Part shown: positions 1 to 12,188 of the stretch, one piece after another | Layout: each line of letters starts with the position of its first letter | How positions within the stretch are numbered: position 1 is the stretch's first letter | Assembly (NCBI GenBank): GCA_020891255.1 | Contig: BQFW01000009.1 | Location: forward strand, 992,001 to 1,056,000 | DNA from: Entomortierella parvispora E1425 | Lineage: Eukaryota; Fungi; Mortierellomycota | Direction: 5' to 3' | Length of the DNA: 64,000 nt | The notes under the pieces: generated by a model | Database searches by the model: none | The model's input: the letters and a program-made list of their open reading frames with translations, nothing else | Told to the model about the DNA's origin: nothing | Made by a program: the position numbers and the translations under genes

Positions 1-177
1 GGGGGCATGACCTGCACTTCGCCACAACAGTCAAATGAGCAGGGACGACCCATTGCCCCCAACCCGTACAAGAGCCGAATATAAATACTTTCGCCCAATT
101 CTTTTTTTTTTTCTAACCATTCATCAACAAGAACTTTGCCTTCCCTTCCATCACACCCAAATCTACCATCAGTACCA

Positions 178-1903
178 ATGGCCAGTCCTCTTGACATCCC
201 GGAATTGCTTTTGAAAGTTGGTGGCTACCTCCCACTCTGGTTTCCAGATGACACAAAGTACGAGGTGAACCGTCCATCGTATTACAAGAGATTCAAGATG
301 CATCCGCAGGATCTTGTGGCCTGTACCTCTGTAAACCGGATCTGGCGTCACACACTTCTGCCTCTTTTATGGGCTATGTATGAGGAACTCGAGATGAGAG
401 ACTTGGAGATATCTGTCGATGCTCGAAGATGCAATAGTAAAGGCCAAGGGAAGAGCACGAAGATTGAATGATGTTTATTGATATGAAGTCCGGGTATTTA
501 TACTAAAGGTTGCGGTGGTGGCAATGGTGGCAATGGTTGTAGTTGACCCTTTGTTTGTGGCTTTGTGAGTGAAGGCGCTGCACGGTCAGTCTGATTTGAC
601 TGTTGCACGAGGTCTATTTGTTTGCAGAAGAACACACGAGGGTTGGAACGGCAATGTAGGTTTCAACAATTGGGACATCCCTGCCAAGATCCTGGAAGCC
701 CAGAGCATTCATTTCAAATACGTAACCCTGACCATGCCATGGCCCCCAGGTACACTAAAGGCAACCAAGATTCGGGATCTTACAACGACCACAGCCTTTC
801 TCCAAACAAATATGGATTTGTTGCGCTCCAACCCGCAATTGTCGGCGCTGAACTTGAAGTGTTGCTGGCGCAATCATTTCGATTCTCTTCATCCAGCCTT
901 CGAGTCTGTTTCAAGTCTGAAATCCCTCCAGGTCACCAATGCAACCATTGGCGACCCAAAACGATTCATTCGATTCTTGAGCCACAACTATGGATTGGAG
1001 AAACTGACGCTATCAGAAGTGAAAGGACTGGTGGTCTTTGAGAGCTGTGAGCGCTTGAGTCAGATGACGGACATCCGGCTCCTCGATATCTCTTGGCGGT
1101 CCAATTCAGGCCTTGTTCAGCTTTTCCTGTGCACTCCGAACCTTCGCACCCTAGATGTCTATGTCGACGACGACTGCCCTTTTGCGGAGCTGGCACGGAC
1201 CCTACAAAGACGCTGTCCACAGCTCGCGTCGATCAAGTGTCGGTGGTGCGAGCGTGAAGAGGCCGAGTCCGAGACGGTTGCCATAATCCAAGCAGCTTCT
1301 CGACTCACACACTTTTCATCGTGTCCTTCCGCGCTCACCGATAACATTTGTGATGCGTTTCTCGCACATGCAAACTGGATAGAAACCATAGACTTGGTTT
1401 TTGATGGATGGAATAGAGAGTATACTGCGCCGAGCCTGGGTAGGATTATGGTTCATTGTCGAAACCTCCGACACCTAAAGATCCGTCATGGTCATGGACA
1501 CCACGATAGGGAATCCACGCCTCCAGAAGAAGTGCAATGGCCTCGTGAGCCTTGGGGCTGTTTGCAGCTTGAAATAATCGCCCTAGGCGGATTTGTTTTT
1601 GAACATGAACCTTCTCTTTTTGTTGATCCTACGGACGAGGAGCCGGCTTTGGACGAAAGTGAGGAGGTCATACCCCACCATTCCAAAGTCGACATGCCAT
1701 TCATCAGAGACATTTCGAGCCGAGGTTGGGTGTACACGGTCAAGTACCCAGATTTTGTTTGCTCAACGTCCACAAATCTGCGGCTTATGAGGAACTGGAT
1801 CTTTGAGCACACACGCGACTTTTCAGAGCTGCACACGATCAAAGCTGAAAACTATGAGTACCTGAACTTGGGCAGGAAGAGCAGGATGGCATACAATAAA
1901 TAA
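178..1903 (+). CDS. F-box/LRR protein, interrupted between ~400 and ~670 (possible 250-nt intron 378-627 or rearranged pseudogene)
   Basis: ATG at 178 gives MASPLDIPELL...VACTSVNRIWRHTLLPLLW (F-box motif). The frame stops at 471 and an LRR-like frame resumes in ORF 569-1903 (NNWDIPAKILEAQSIHF...). GTATGA at 378 and TTTGCAG at 621-627 would join them in frame. Confidence 0.65.
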
Positions 1904-2478
1904 AGCATATACAATGCCTTCCGTTTCTCTCGTTGTTCTCTGTCAGCAATCCACACCAAATATTCTTTCTTTACACTTTGTTTTATTATTGTGTTTTCCT
2001 TGTAATGTACTGCATCATATTGGGAAAAGCCCACTCTTGGCAAAGGGGGGAAAAGGTTAAGAGTGAGATGTGCGCTCTAAAATGCGATGTATCTGCAGCT
2101 GTTGGTCTCAATGATGTTAGAAGTCTAAACAGGGAAGCAGGTGGCTAACCAGGGTTTGTACACTTGGCCAAGGTCACGACGCGAGGTCTGCTGGAGGCCA
2201 TGGACAACGGAAGTGTCGATCTTGAATCCACATTGTTCTGTATGCCTGGATCCCACGGCAGACCAAATTTGAATAAAGCTGCGACTTGTTCAATTCTCGC
2301 CAGGGCGTTGCGAACACACGCGCTGAGGAGGGATGACGAATGGCCGGGGACATTGAACGAGAACCTTGATCCAGCTACTAATGATTGGAGCGCAGGCACG
2401 ATAGACAGAAGATAGTCCTTACCAACGACTGCTCGAGGGAGGACAGAGGAAATTGCAACGAGGTTGTTCATGAAGGGT

Positions 2479-4431
2479 TCAACTAGCTGTCCATCCGGTT
2501 TCCATGCCTGGGTCAATGTCTTCATCGAGGTCGTCGCCATCACGAGCATCTTGGGATGAAGTCTTCTCGGCGACAGCCACAGCATCAGCAGAGGCAGCAG
2601 CGAGGGCAGCGCAAGAGTTGTTGCCTGTAAGCGACAAATGCCTACGCAGCCCATCAAGTCGAGAGAAAGGTTTAGAGCAGATAGAACAACCGTAGTTTCG
2701 TTCACCCTTGTGAACAGCAGCCTCGTGGCGCTGGAGATCATGTTTTCGGGAGAAGGCCTTGGTGCAAGGGTCGAAGGAACAGACGAACGGTCGAACTGGG
2801 TCTGGGTCATGGGTTTTTTGATGAGAACGTAAATTGTATAGACGGGCGAACTGAAGGTCACAGTCCTCGTGTGGGCAGGTGAATCGCTTGGGTGCCGTGA
2901 GTCTCGAAGGATTGGGTTTTCGAATCCTGCGTTTCTTTGGCTTTGGAGCTGGTTGGGATGAATCGCCAGTGTCCGCTGCTGAGGAAGCGTTGGATTTGAG
3001 ACGGAGACGTATGATAGCCTTCCCCCCAGACGGACTCGCCAACGTAGGGCGAGTCCTCTTGGATGGCGAAGGAACGCACTCTCCTTCGGCTTTAATTTCG
3101 GCAAAGGTAGGGGATGTAGTAGCTGCATTGGATTGGAACTTATCTAGGGCCTTGCGCTTGAACCGAGCCACAGCCAAGGCCAATGGCCGCGAAGGCACAA
3201 ACTCGTCATCATCATCGTCTTCCTGCTCTTCTTCCTCTTCCTCCCCGTCCTCTTCAGAGAACAGCGGCTCGCCCTCCTCAGAACTGAGAGCAAGAGTGCC
3301 CTCGATCTTGGGAGACAACGACTGTTCGGATGTCGTCGATAACAGTGAAAGGTCGTCGTCATCAGAGCTGTAAACGCCAGGGGGAGCGCAACCGTGTCCG
3401 GGAGTCATGTGGAGAGTACCTGGAGAGATGGTGTGCTGTCCCCCAAAGGTGGGTTCAAGCTGTGCCAAGAGCCCATAGTCATATTCTTGAAAGAGCGAAT
3501 CAAAACCTTGGCGGTGATTCATACTAGACAAGGGACTGTCGAGGTCTAGGACAATCGCGCTCGCGCAGCCGCTGTCCAGGGGCATCATGGCCAGACCAAA
3601 GTCCTGCAGATATGGCGTCTGGAAAGGCGTCTGGAGATAAGGCGACCCAGGGGAATCGATCAGGGGTTGCTCGCGGAGCTGCTGCTGTTGATGATGATGA
3701 AGTTGCTGTTGTTGTTGTTGCACAAGCAGGGCCTCAAAGGCGACACTGTCGTGGCCAGTGACGAGATTCAACTGATGCTGATTCATCGACAATGCATCGA
3801 CACTGGTGTCGTCTAGGAATGCAGCCAGGCCATCGAACCCAAAGGTGCTTGTCGGCTCTGAGGGGGAAGCCATGTTACTGAGGCTCGACGTGGCAGTGCC
3901 AGCGCTTGGGTTTGGGATGGTAGAACAGAAGAAGTCGAGGGAGGGTGTCTGTGGGGTACAGAGCGGATTGTTGCTGGTACTGTTGCTGTGTGTCGAAGAA
4001 AGAGTCGAGGAAGGAGTGGGGGTTGGGGAAGGAGCAGAGGGAGGAGGAGGGAGGGCGAGAACAGGAGCGGCTGGGGAAAGGCCATTGCTATCCACCGCGG
4101 CAGGCATCTGACGCATTTGGCGAAGCTGAAGCTGGAGTTGAAGCTGCTTGTTCTCATCAAACAGTGGGTAGTCAAAGGAGGGCTCGTTGGCACCAAAGAG
4201 GAAGAAGTCGCGGTCGACGGTGTTGGAAGATGTCGTTGCGATCGCAGCAGAGACTGCGGTGGCACCTGCGTCCGGAGGTGGAGGAGGACGGGTTTGACCC
4301 TGATCCGTCGGGTCTTGAAGCAAGGATTGCATCAACCAAGAGGCGTCCGCGGGCGAGAGGACGACGCGGACAGGGGAGGCAGAGGCAGGGGATGGGCAGC
4401 GAGAGCTGTGGAGCGAGGATTGGGCAGACAT
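2479..4431 (-). CDS. C2H2 zinc-finger transcription factor, Crz1-like finger array (3 fingers)
   Basis: Fingers FARLYNLRSHQKTH / FSRKHDLQRHE / FSRLDGLRRH near the C-terminus, with S/P/Q-rich and acidic regions and a basic NLS-like patch (PKPKKRRIRK). Start placed at MSAQSS (ATG 4431); the upstream ORF extension is CT-rich 5' leader. Confidence 0.85.
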   Translation of the reverse strand: MSAQSSLHSSRCPSPASASPVRVVLSPADASWLMQSLLQDPTDQGQTRPPPPPDAGATAVSAAIATTSSNTVDRDFFLFGANEPSFDYPLFDENKQLQLQLQLRQMRQMPAAVDSNGLSPAAPVLALPPPPSAPSPTPTPSSTLSSTHSNSTSNNPLCTPQTPSLDFFCSTIPNPSAGTATSSLSNMASPSEPTSTFGFDGLAAFLDDTSVDALSMNQHQLNLVTGHDSVAFEALLVQQQQQQLHHHQQQQLREQPLIDSPGSPYLQTPFQTPYLQDFGLAMMPLDSGCASAIVLDLDSPLSSMNHRQGFDSLFQEYDYGLLAQLEPTFGGQHTISPGTLHMTPGHGCAPPGVYSSDDDDLSLLSTTSEQSLSPKIEGTLALSSEEGEPLFSEEDGEEEEEEQEDDDDDEFVPSRPLALAVARFKRKALDKFQSNAATTSPTFAEIKAEGECVPSPSKRTRPTLASPSGGKAIIRLRLKSNASSAADTGDSSQPAPKPKKRRIRKPNPSRLTAPKRFTCPHEDCDLQFARLYNLRSHQKTHDPDPVRPFVCSFDPCTKAFSRKHDLQRHEAAVHKGERNYGCSICSKPFSRLDGLRRHLSLTGNNSCAALAAASADAVAVAEKTSSQDARDGDDLDEDIDPGMETGWTAS

Positions 4432-4996
4432 TGGGCGATGAGGAGGAGGCACAGTCGATGGATGGATTGGAGGAACGCAAGGATTGGGGTGCTCTGGTGA
4501 GGAAGGGAAGAAAAGGAAGGAAGGAACAAAAGAAAGGGAAAGGGAGGAAACAAAGGACCTTTTGGGCAATGGTGGGTGGGACAGACTTTGGTGGCAAGGA
4601 GGCAAACGAGTCGGGCCAGTGGGTGGCAAACGCAGGGACACGCTCGCTCGTCCTGCCATGGAGCAGCCCATGAGGCAATGAAGGGATGGCCAGAGGGAAG
4701 GATGGATGGGTGGGGGGAGAGGGATGAATGAATGACACTCATGCGACACTGATGCTGTCTGTTCCTTCGGGTCTGGTCCCACTGAAGGGAAGAGGGATCG
4801 CTCGGCGAGGGTGACGAACGGCGATGTGCATTTGCATTTGCATTGGATTTGTGCGCACTCCCCGGTCGGGCCGCAGTCGACCACTCCAACACTGCCTTTT
4901 TCGGTTTCTCTCTGTGTTTCTCTGGGCTTCTCTGTGCGAAGGACAAAGGTTTCTTCCCTGGCGGGCTTGCAGCAGCAAACAACAATAACAGCAATC

Positions 4997-5015
4997 CTCT
5001 CTCTCTCTCTCTCTC
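4997..5015. repeat. (CT)n microsatellite in the zinc-finger gene leader/promoter
   Basis: About 9 CT units read directly. Confidence 0.8.
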
Positions 5016-5614
5016 TTCTCACTCCTCCCGCGCTCGCGCGCGACGTGTTGGCTTCTTTGTCCTTGCTGTCTTTGTGACTCCGCAACGTGTCAAAGACCTG
5101 GCCGTCAAACGTTTTCTGTTTGTCCTGGCAGTCCGTCTGTTTGTCTGTCTGTCTGTCTGAAGGTCTGCCTCTCCCTCCTCCTCTCTTCTCTTCTCTCTTT
5201 CTTTCTCATTGCCCTTTTCCCTCTCGCATTCCATCCCTGATTGAATGACCCAAGCAGTTTAGTCCAAATGAGCCACATTCATCCCATGCCTGCCAACATG
5301 CAACAGTTCTTACTCGGAAATAAAAAGCCCTCTTCTCGCACGCTCAATTCTTCAGTGTCTGTGCCACAGAGCTGGACAGGGCAGATAAAAGCAGTGCCCC
5401 CTCTGTCCAAATGATCGCTTGCGCCTCCAGGAGGTCCTTGTCTCGCTGCTCCAACCCCTCCGATGACTCAAAGAAGGCGTCCATTGGGTTCTTTCTCCAA
5501 CCGTGGACATGGTCTTTTACCTCATAAATACCTGTCGAGTCGCCCTCCTCTCGTACTGTAAAAGGATCTTGATCACGCCTTCCTTCAGCTCCTTGCTCAC
5601 TGTCTTCTTGAATC

Positions 5615-7888
5615 ATGGCAGCACAACCGCTCCAGCTGCCCGAGGTCCTTTTTGCCTTGGGTGCCTACCTCGATGCCTCACAGCTCCTTCAGTGCTCCAG
5701 AGTGTGTCGGTCCTGGTACGAGGCATTCGCTCCTCTCATCTGGGAAGACCTCCACGTCCACACCGACCCCCTAGAAGATCGCAAGGATCTCTCCCACTCT
5801 TCTATTCATGCTCGTTACATTTCCTTCTGCCACCCAAACCCCACATCTTCCTCAAATACAGACTCCAGAGAACCTGGTCCAACGGACAAAGAGGTGGGAT
5901 TATCTGAACTCCTCCAATCAAAGGGAGCATGGTTGCGATCTCTCTGCTACCATGGCCACGGATCCACTTTGCAGTTCTCACTTGGAAAGGATTGTACCAA
6001 ACTCAGATCTCTGAGTCTCAAAGGCCCGCTTCCTTTCCTAGGGAATGAGAAATTGCGCTTCTCCAATGCAGACAAAAGCATTCGCCCTCTTTTAATTCAT
6101 GGCGACGGCGGGGGGCCATATCTTCGCGACTATCAAGAAAGATGCAAGGTCCTATTCCGCCAAAATCGAGAACACCTCCAGCACCTGACCCTTCGGGATT
6201 TTGAATGGAGAGAGGAGTTTAGGCTTCAGCCTGGTCTCCCAGCGTGGAACCCTTTGTTTTCCTGCGGATCGGGATACCACCACCTTCGGTCGCTGTCTCT
6301 GATTCGATGCGGCCTTCGGGGACGAGAACTAAAGGCGCTCTGGGCCGTTGGATCTACCTTGGAGACGCTCACCATGGAAAGCGTTCAGATAAATATAGGT
6401 CATTGGATGCACCGCAGATATCTGCGCGATAAATCAACAAATTCGGATCAACCAAAGGGACAGGAGAGTGACGAAGACGACGACGATAACGTCCTAGGAA
6501 AGGACCGAATCTTTCCGCAACTCCGAGAGCTCAAACTACACAAACCTGGAGATATGGGCAAAGTATCTGAGATAATGGAGTATATTGTGAAAGAGTGTCC
6601 TCGTCTTCAAGCCCTGGAATGGCGCGAGGTCTCCCATGGCAGAGAGTTTTCATACGAGGTCTTTGCAGATATCCTTGAAGAAGGATTTTGGCCCCATCTG
6701 AGCTCCATTGACATCAAGGAATTGCCGTGGTTGCAGGATTCAACTTTGCAAAGGATTCTCAAGACTTACCAACAACCAATTGTGACGCCACCGACAACAC
6801 CCCTACTATCGGCAACATCAACGCCTCCACAGACACCTACTTCCTCGCCACCCACTCCTCTCCCTTGGCATTATGGCTCTCCAAAACCCAAACGTCAGTT
6901 AGTACGAACAACTTTGACAAGGTTAGACGTGCCGATTCTGCACTTGTACGAATCTACTTTTGATCTTATCCGGCCCCATTTCACGACCTTGAGGCATATC
7001 AACCTGCTGAACGTCAATACGTCAACCCGTACCTATGTCTTCGAGGTTCTTATCAATTGTTCCACACTGGAAGTTCTATACTCCAACCTGATGACCATTG
7101 GCGATTTTATCGATCTTTTGCCCGATCCAACCAATAACCCTCCGAATAACCATGACCCAACGCCTGGAAAGGTCGCAGACACAAAGGCAAACGCGGGGCA
7201 AGAGTACAGAGAACCTAAATGGAAGAAACCTTGGATTTGCAAAAATCTGCAAGAGTTACACATGGTTCTTGACATGGGAATCGACGAGCCAAGCTTTCGT
7301 CCGTATATGCTTACTCCCTACGCGCGACCATACACGCCGAGAGAGCTACATCTTGCTAGTTTGTTCTTCCAGCAGTTGGGAAAGCTCACTCGGCTACGCG
7401 TCCTCGACATGGGCTTCCATAGATATATCTCAGGCCCTCGCGTCACTCACACGTCTGTATTGCCGTTCCAGTTGTGCGCAGGTCTCAGTCATTTGCAATC
7501 CTTGAGATCTTTGGAAGTCGTGCAGTTCAGGGGTCGCCAAGACTTGAATCTGTGGGACCTGCAGTGGATGTTGGATTATTGGCCGGGATTGAGGGAGATC
7601 GGAGGCTCTCCGTTGAGTGCACGAGTCGACCCAGAGATTGTGTCTGGCGAAAACAACACATCGCCGTTGATATATCACCTTGAGTTCGCACGGATACTCC
7701 GGGAGAGAGGCATCAAGATAATTCCTTGGACAACGTCGTACTACCACAACACCAACTGCTCCCACAAAAAGATGAGTGAACTCGATCAGGAATGTGTTGC
7801 TCGTTGGAGAGAAAGGATGCTTTTGGAAGCTGAGGAACACAAAGCGCTAGGGCAGGGCGCTGATTTGATGGGGCAATCCACCGATTGA
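5615..7888 (+). CDS. F-box/LRR protein (757 aa, intronless)
   Basis: N-terminal PLQLPEVLFALGAYLDASQLLQCSRVCRSWYEAFAPLIW. Family C-terminal motifs WICKNLQEL, QLGKLTRLRVL, LPFQLCAGLSHLQSLRSLE, WMLDYWPGL. Confidence 0.9.
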   Translation: MAAQPLQLPEVLFALGAYLDASQLLQCSRVCRSWYEAFAPLIWEDLHVHTDPLEDRKDLSHSSIHARYISFCHPNPTSSSNTDSREPGPTDKEVGLSELLQSKGAWLRSLCYHGHGSTLQFSLGKDCTKLRSLSLKGPLPFLGNEKLRFSNADKSIRPLLIHGDGGGPYLRDYQERCKVLFRQNREHLQHLTLRDFEWREEFRLQPGLPAWNPLFSCGSGYHHLRSLSLIRCGLRGRELKALWAVGSTLETLTMESVQINIGHWMHRRYLRDKSTNSDQPKGQESDEDDDDNVLGKDRIFPQLRELKLHKPGDMGKVSEIMEYIVKECPRLQALEWREVSHGREFSYEVFADILEEGFWPHLSSIDIKELPWLQDSTLQRILKTYQQPIVTPPTTPLLSATSTPPQTPTSSPPTPLPWHYGSPKPKRQLVRTTLTRLDVPILHLYESTFDLIRPHFTTLRHINLLNVNTSTRTYVFEVLINCSTLEVLYSNLMTIGDFIDLLPDPTNNPPNNHDPTPGKVADTKANAGQEYREPKWKKPWICKNLQELHMVLDMGIDEPSFRPYMLTPYARPYTPRELHLASLFFQQLGKLTRLRVLDMGFHRYISGPRVTHTSVLPFQLCAGLSHLQSLRSLEVVQFRGRQDLNLWDLQWMLDYWPGLREIGGSPLSARVDPEIVSGENNTSPLIYHLEFARILRERGIKIIPWTTSYYHNTNCSHKKMSELDQECVARWRERMLLEAEEHKALGQGADLMGQSTD

Positions 7889-9163
7889 TCGAGTTAGGAC
7901 GAATTGCCTGTGTTTTGCTGACCAACCCAACACACGACGGGCTTGATAATAAACTAAGACCTGCGCTTGCAGAATGGACTCATCTCGCCTCCATCAGAAG
8001 AAACTTGCGTGTTTTACCCGAGATTTCATAAAACTCAAATGAGGACAAGCAGTCTGTCCACAGTCTCGAACTGTGGGACAAGGCGACACAGAGGCATGTC
8101 GCGTCCAATTGGTCGTAGCTGTGGGGCAAGCACGAGTGTTTACCCTAGATTAAAGGAGTTTGAATCGAGTTCGGACACGGAAGATGGAAAGGCGACAAAA
8201 AGAGAAATTCCTCAAAGTGTACCTCCAGACTCCGGAGACATGAGCAAAGTAGGTACTGAACAGAGCCAGTTGGAGTGCAAGAAAACACAACAAAGAAACA
8301 ACGTTTTCCCTGCATTCCCGGGTCTTCGGTGAAATCAAAAGGAAAAAAAATTCAGTGAAGAACGTTCTTCCACCGCAACGACACACACCGAAGAGGGCTC
8401 TCTGCAATTTGTACTTAGCGTCAATTTTTCTCCTTTGTTTTCCCCGATCTTTTTTGCTCATTCCGTTGTTGGCTTTATTCCCCTGTGTTTTGCCGTGCAT
8501 GATATGCCCAGACTCAGTCAAGGTCCAACAGGACAGGGCAGTTCTCCTTTTGGCTTTGGACTATATCCAATGCGGTTTTTTTTTTTGGTTTTTTTTTGTC
8601 AGGTCCAGAACGTGAACCCTAATGTACTATAACAAGCCTTTTTTGCGCCTCCCTCCTCATCTACCAGCGATTGCACCCTTCTAGACAGACAAGCGCGGTT
8701 CCCGCGCTCCAAACTTGATTAAATTGTGGTAAAAAGGGACAAGAGATCTGCTTGACGAATCCGACGCGTTTGGTCAGGGGCAGGGGCAGGGGCAGGGCAG
8801 ACAGTGCTGTAGACCACAGCACTTGCCCCTAACAAGTACGCCACTGCAGTACGTCCTCCACTGATACCCTTAGGTGTCTTGGGATCTTCCACAAAACAAC
8901 AATTCTCCGGAGCAAGTTTTGAATATAAGGTAGGGACCCAAACCGTCAAAGTGAATCGGTTCTCTCTTCTTTTTTTCTTGTGCCTCGCAAATTCACTCGC
9001 CTCATTCCACCCGTACACCTCCCTCTCACTCTCTCTTTCCCACATACCCTCTCTCCCTGACCGTTGCACTAGAAATCCCCTCAGCAATCGCCAGATAGCC
9101 TCATCAATCTTCATATCTCATCTCCCTCACTATACCCTAATCCCCCCTACATTCTCATTCACC

Positions 9164-10041
9164 ATGAAGTTCACCACTATTGCTAGCAGCTTGGCTCTCG
9201 CCTTCCTCTCCGTGACCTCGGCCCACATGGCCATCTCCAACCCTCCCGGTCAAGCCGGTCCATGGTCAACTGATCCTCAGGACAATGTTCACGCCTGGAT
9301 TGGATACGAAGGAAAGCCCTTCCCCTGCGGTAAGTTGAAATGTCTTCCTCCCTCCTTTTTTTCAAAAAGAAAGGGTATTTGAGTCTCTACTGGAGAATGT
9401 CCTGCCGTTCAACTCGCTAACGACAATTTCCACCAAACATGACAACATAAAAAAAAACCACAGGTGGTTACAAGAAGGGACCCGTGACGACCTACAAGGC
9501 CGGCGAGGTTATCCCTGTCCGCTTCTGGAACTTTGAAGTCACCGACTACACGAAGTTCCCCCCACCCGCCGGTTTGTCCCAAGCTCGCCACGGTGGTGGA
9601 GCCTGCGAGTTCTCGCTCTCGTACGATGGTGGTAAGACCTTCCACGTTATCGGTCAGTACACCAAGACCTGCCCCGATCTCTACTACGAGTGGCCCGTCA
9701 CCATCCCCGCGAACGCCCCCGCCTGCACGGATTCCGACATGTGCTTGTTCGCGTTCTCCTGGACCGCATATAACGTTGACCAGTTCTACCATCACTGCGC
9801 TAATGTGATGATTGAGGCTGCCGACAACACCGAGCAGAAGAACTTGCCCGAGCTGACCATGACTGTCGTTGATGTCGCCCAGTTGGGCGAGAAGGTGGAT
9901 ATGCACGCTGCCGGTGATACTTTGAACACCAAGTCCACCGGCCCTAACAAGACCGAGCAGGCGCTCAACGAGAACGGTTACTTCTTCTGCGGTGGTGGAG
10001 CTGGAAAGCACGGACTCGACCTTGGACTCGCCCTTCCCTAA
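9164..10041 (+). CDS. Secreted lytic polysaccharide monooxygenase, AA11-like
   Basis: Signal peptide ends VTSA|H, giving His1. Second His in ARHGGGACEFSLSYDGG; axial Tyr in QFYHHCANV. Intron 9330-9463 (GTAAGT..GCTAAC..CAG) joins PFPCG|GYKKGP in frame. Confidence 0.8.
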
Positions 10042-10458
10042 ATAGTTCCAATGAAAATTCCCCCGCTTTCCCTATCGCAGGTCGAATGGCAGAAGCTAGC
10101 AAAAAACTAAAATGACGTCTAAAAAAAACCAAAAAAAAAAAACCAAAAAAAAAATTGCAATAAAATTCTGTGGATCAGACGTTTATCGCAAAAAGTTGTT
10201 CCGTTTCTAATGGCGATGTGTGGCGTATGCACTGCAGCTGTACCTGTACGCCATGGGCTAGTGTGTGTGTGCGTGTGTGTGTGCCTGAGGAGTAAAGTTG
10301 AAGGAATGACCGTGCATGTTTCAAAAGTCGATCCTCCCGGCTGAATTTCGAAGACAAGTCATTGGCTCGACTGTACAGTATTATATAATGAATTCTATTT
10401 TATTGTGGTTGTTCCTGCGATCCTTTTGATTAGACACTTTGGCCTTTGATGTCATGGT

Positions 10459-11626
10459 TTACGCGACGGGCGTAGGGGCAGTCTTGCCCAAGATCCTCCA
10501 GTTGTCCTCAGGATCCGTAATATAGCGCTGGAAGACAATGTACTCAAGCACTGGCACAGGCTTCTTCAGATCTCCAGCAATCAACTTGTTCTTCTTGTCA
10601 AAAACGCCCATGCTCTATTATCAGACACTTTTGTTAGACACTCTCCGGAAACAAAGAAACATGCATCATCCATTGGGGACCGTAAAACACAGCCAATATC
10701 TACCTGGTTTGAATGCAAACGAACAATCATTTGGATCAAGACATGTCCTCCGATCTGGCCCTGACGGATTGATACAATCTGGGGTTTCTCCAAAAGACCG
10801 TGGTAACGCCACTCGTAACGACCAACACGCTCCTTGAGCTGTCCCTTCAGCTTTGCGTACATGGAAGGTGTGCAGATCTCCTCGAGGTATTTCCTGTCAC
10901 CCTTTGCGAATGCTTCGTTCATTCCAATATACGCTTCCTCAGACTCTCCCAAGAAACGTCCTGTAATTCCGAAATCCTTGAGCTTCCAGCACATACCCAA
11001 CGTACTATTTCCGTAATTGAGGCACCAGAAAGTTAGTTGCAAGCCCTGAACGGAATAATAATATACCTCTGATCCGCCTCCTGTCCTTGCTCTGCTTTAC
11101 CTGGCAGCAGTCATTCCAGTGTTCCGCATGCGGAGCTTGGCGTACTTGATCCACTTCTTGTAATCGCTGAAGAGAGAAGGGCGGTTCTCCTTCTCAGGAA
11201 CAACATAGGGGTCTATACGATGAAGGATATTCGAGTTAATCAACAACCTCTATAGTTGAATCCTCACTTTGATTCAGTGAGTTTTTTTTTCTTTTTTCTT
11301 TTTTTTTTTTTTGCACAAAACAAAAAAAATCCCCAGAAAAGTTGGTGGCGCCGAGCCTTCCCCAAACACATTCGACAAGATTCAGGCCTAAACATTGAAG
11401 CAGTTCAATTACCCATGATGCCAACCTCCTTGAGAGTCATTTGTTGAGTCATTTGACGCGGTACGCTAGAGTAGGGAGCAGATTGTGCAAGGATTCCAGT
11501 CATGGCACGCATGCGGATCAAATGGGCGGCGGATCCAGCAGTCTGATTGTTGGCCATGGCCAAGGTCCTGACGCATTGGACAGCCTGGGCAGCGTTGTTG
11601 GAGACACGGGAAGTCAGACGGAACAT
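10459..11626 (-). CDS. Mitochondrial Tim44-like domain protein (Mba1/MRPL45 family), multi-exon
   Basis: Arg/Ala-rich presequence-like N-terminus. Tim44-domain motifs AYIGMNEAFAKGDRKYLEEICT, QMIVRLHSNQ, EYIVFQRYITDPEDNWRILG. Internal exon boundaries approximate. Confidence 0.75.
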
Positions 11627-12188
11627 GGCTGGCGACAGTGTGTGCGGTGAAAAAAAGAAGTAGAGAGGGCAGGGCGTTGGGTCGTCTTGTCCTGGTGAAT
11701 CGAAGGAGGGGATCGGATTGATTGCCGAACGGTGGTGGTCCTGGCCGAAAGAGGAAGGCAGCGTGTTTTCTCCGAACGGGGTGCCTCAGCCACCATCGCG
11801 TCTGCGTAAAATCAAGAGTGGATGGCGGCTTAGACTCAGGCATGGACATCACATTGCTCCTAACAAGAAAAAGCAGTTCGAAGAAACGACAGGTTTCACT
11901 GATCCAGACGGAGTTAGATCCTGGCCTTCCTCGACTTCTCTTCATTCTCCTGCGATGGCCTATCCATCGTTAACACAAACGTGCCTGACACCGAGACCCC
12001 GGCTCACCGACTGAGTGACAGCTACAGCTAGCCCACTCGCCAGCCAAACAGACCCGATGGCGGGAGGACTGCGTGCATCTGTTTGCGCTGACGCCAGGGC
12101 CTGATGTTTTATGTTGGCTCTAGTTCTTGTTTTCAACTCTTTACCTCCTTCCCTCCACTTTTTACCCTCTCCAAAAACTCACCTCACC

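Noticed and set aside
7967-8632. Short ORFs downstream of the second F-box gene
   Set aside because: No motifs, poly-A/T-laden, consistent with intergenic sequence.
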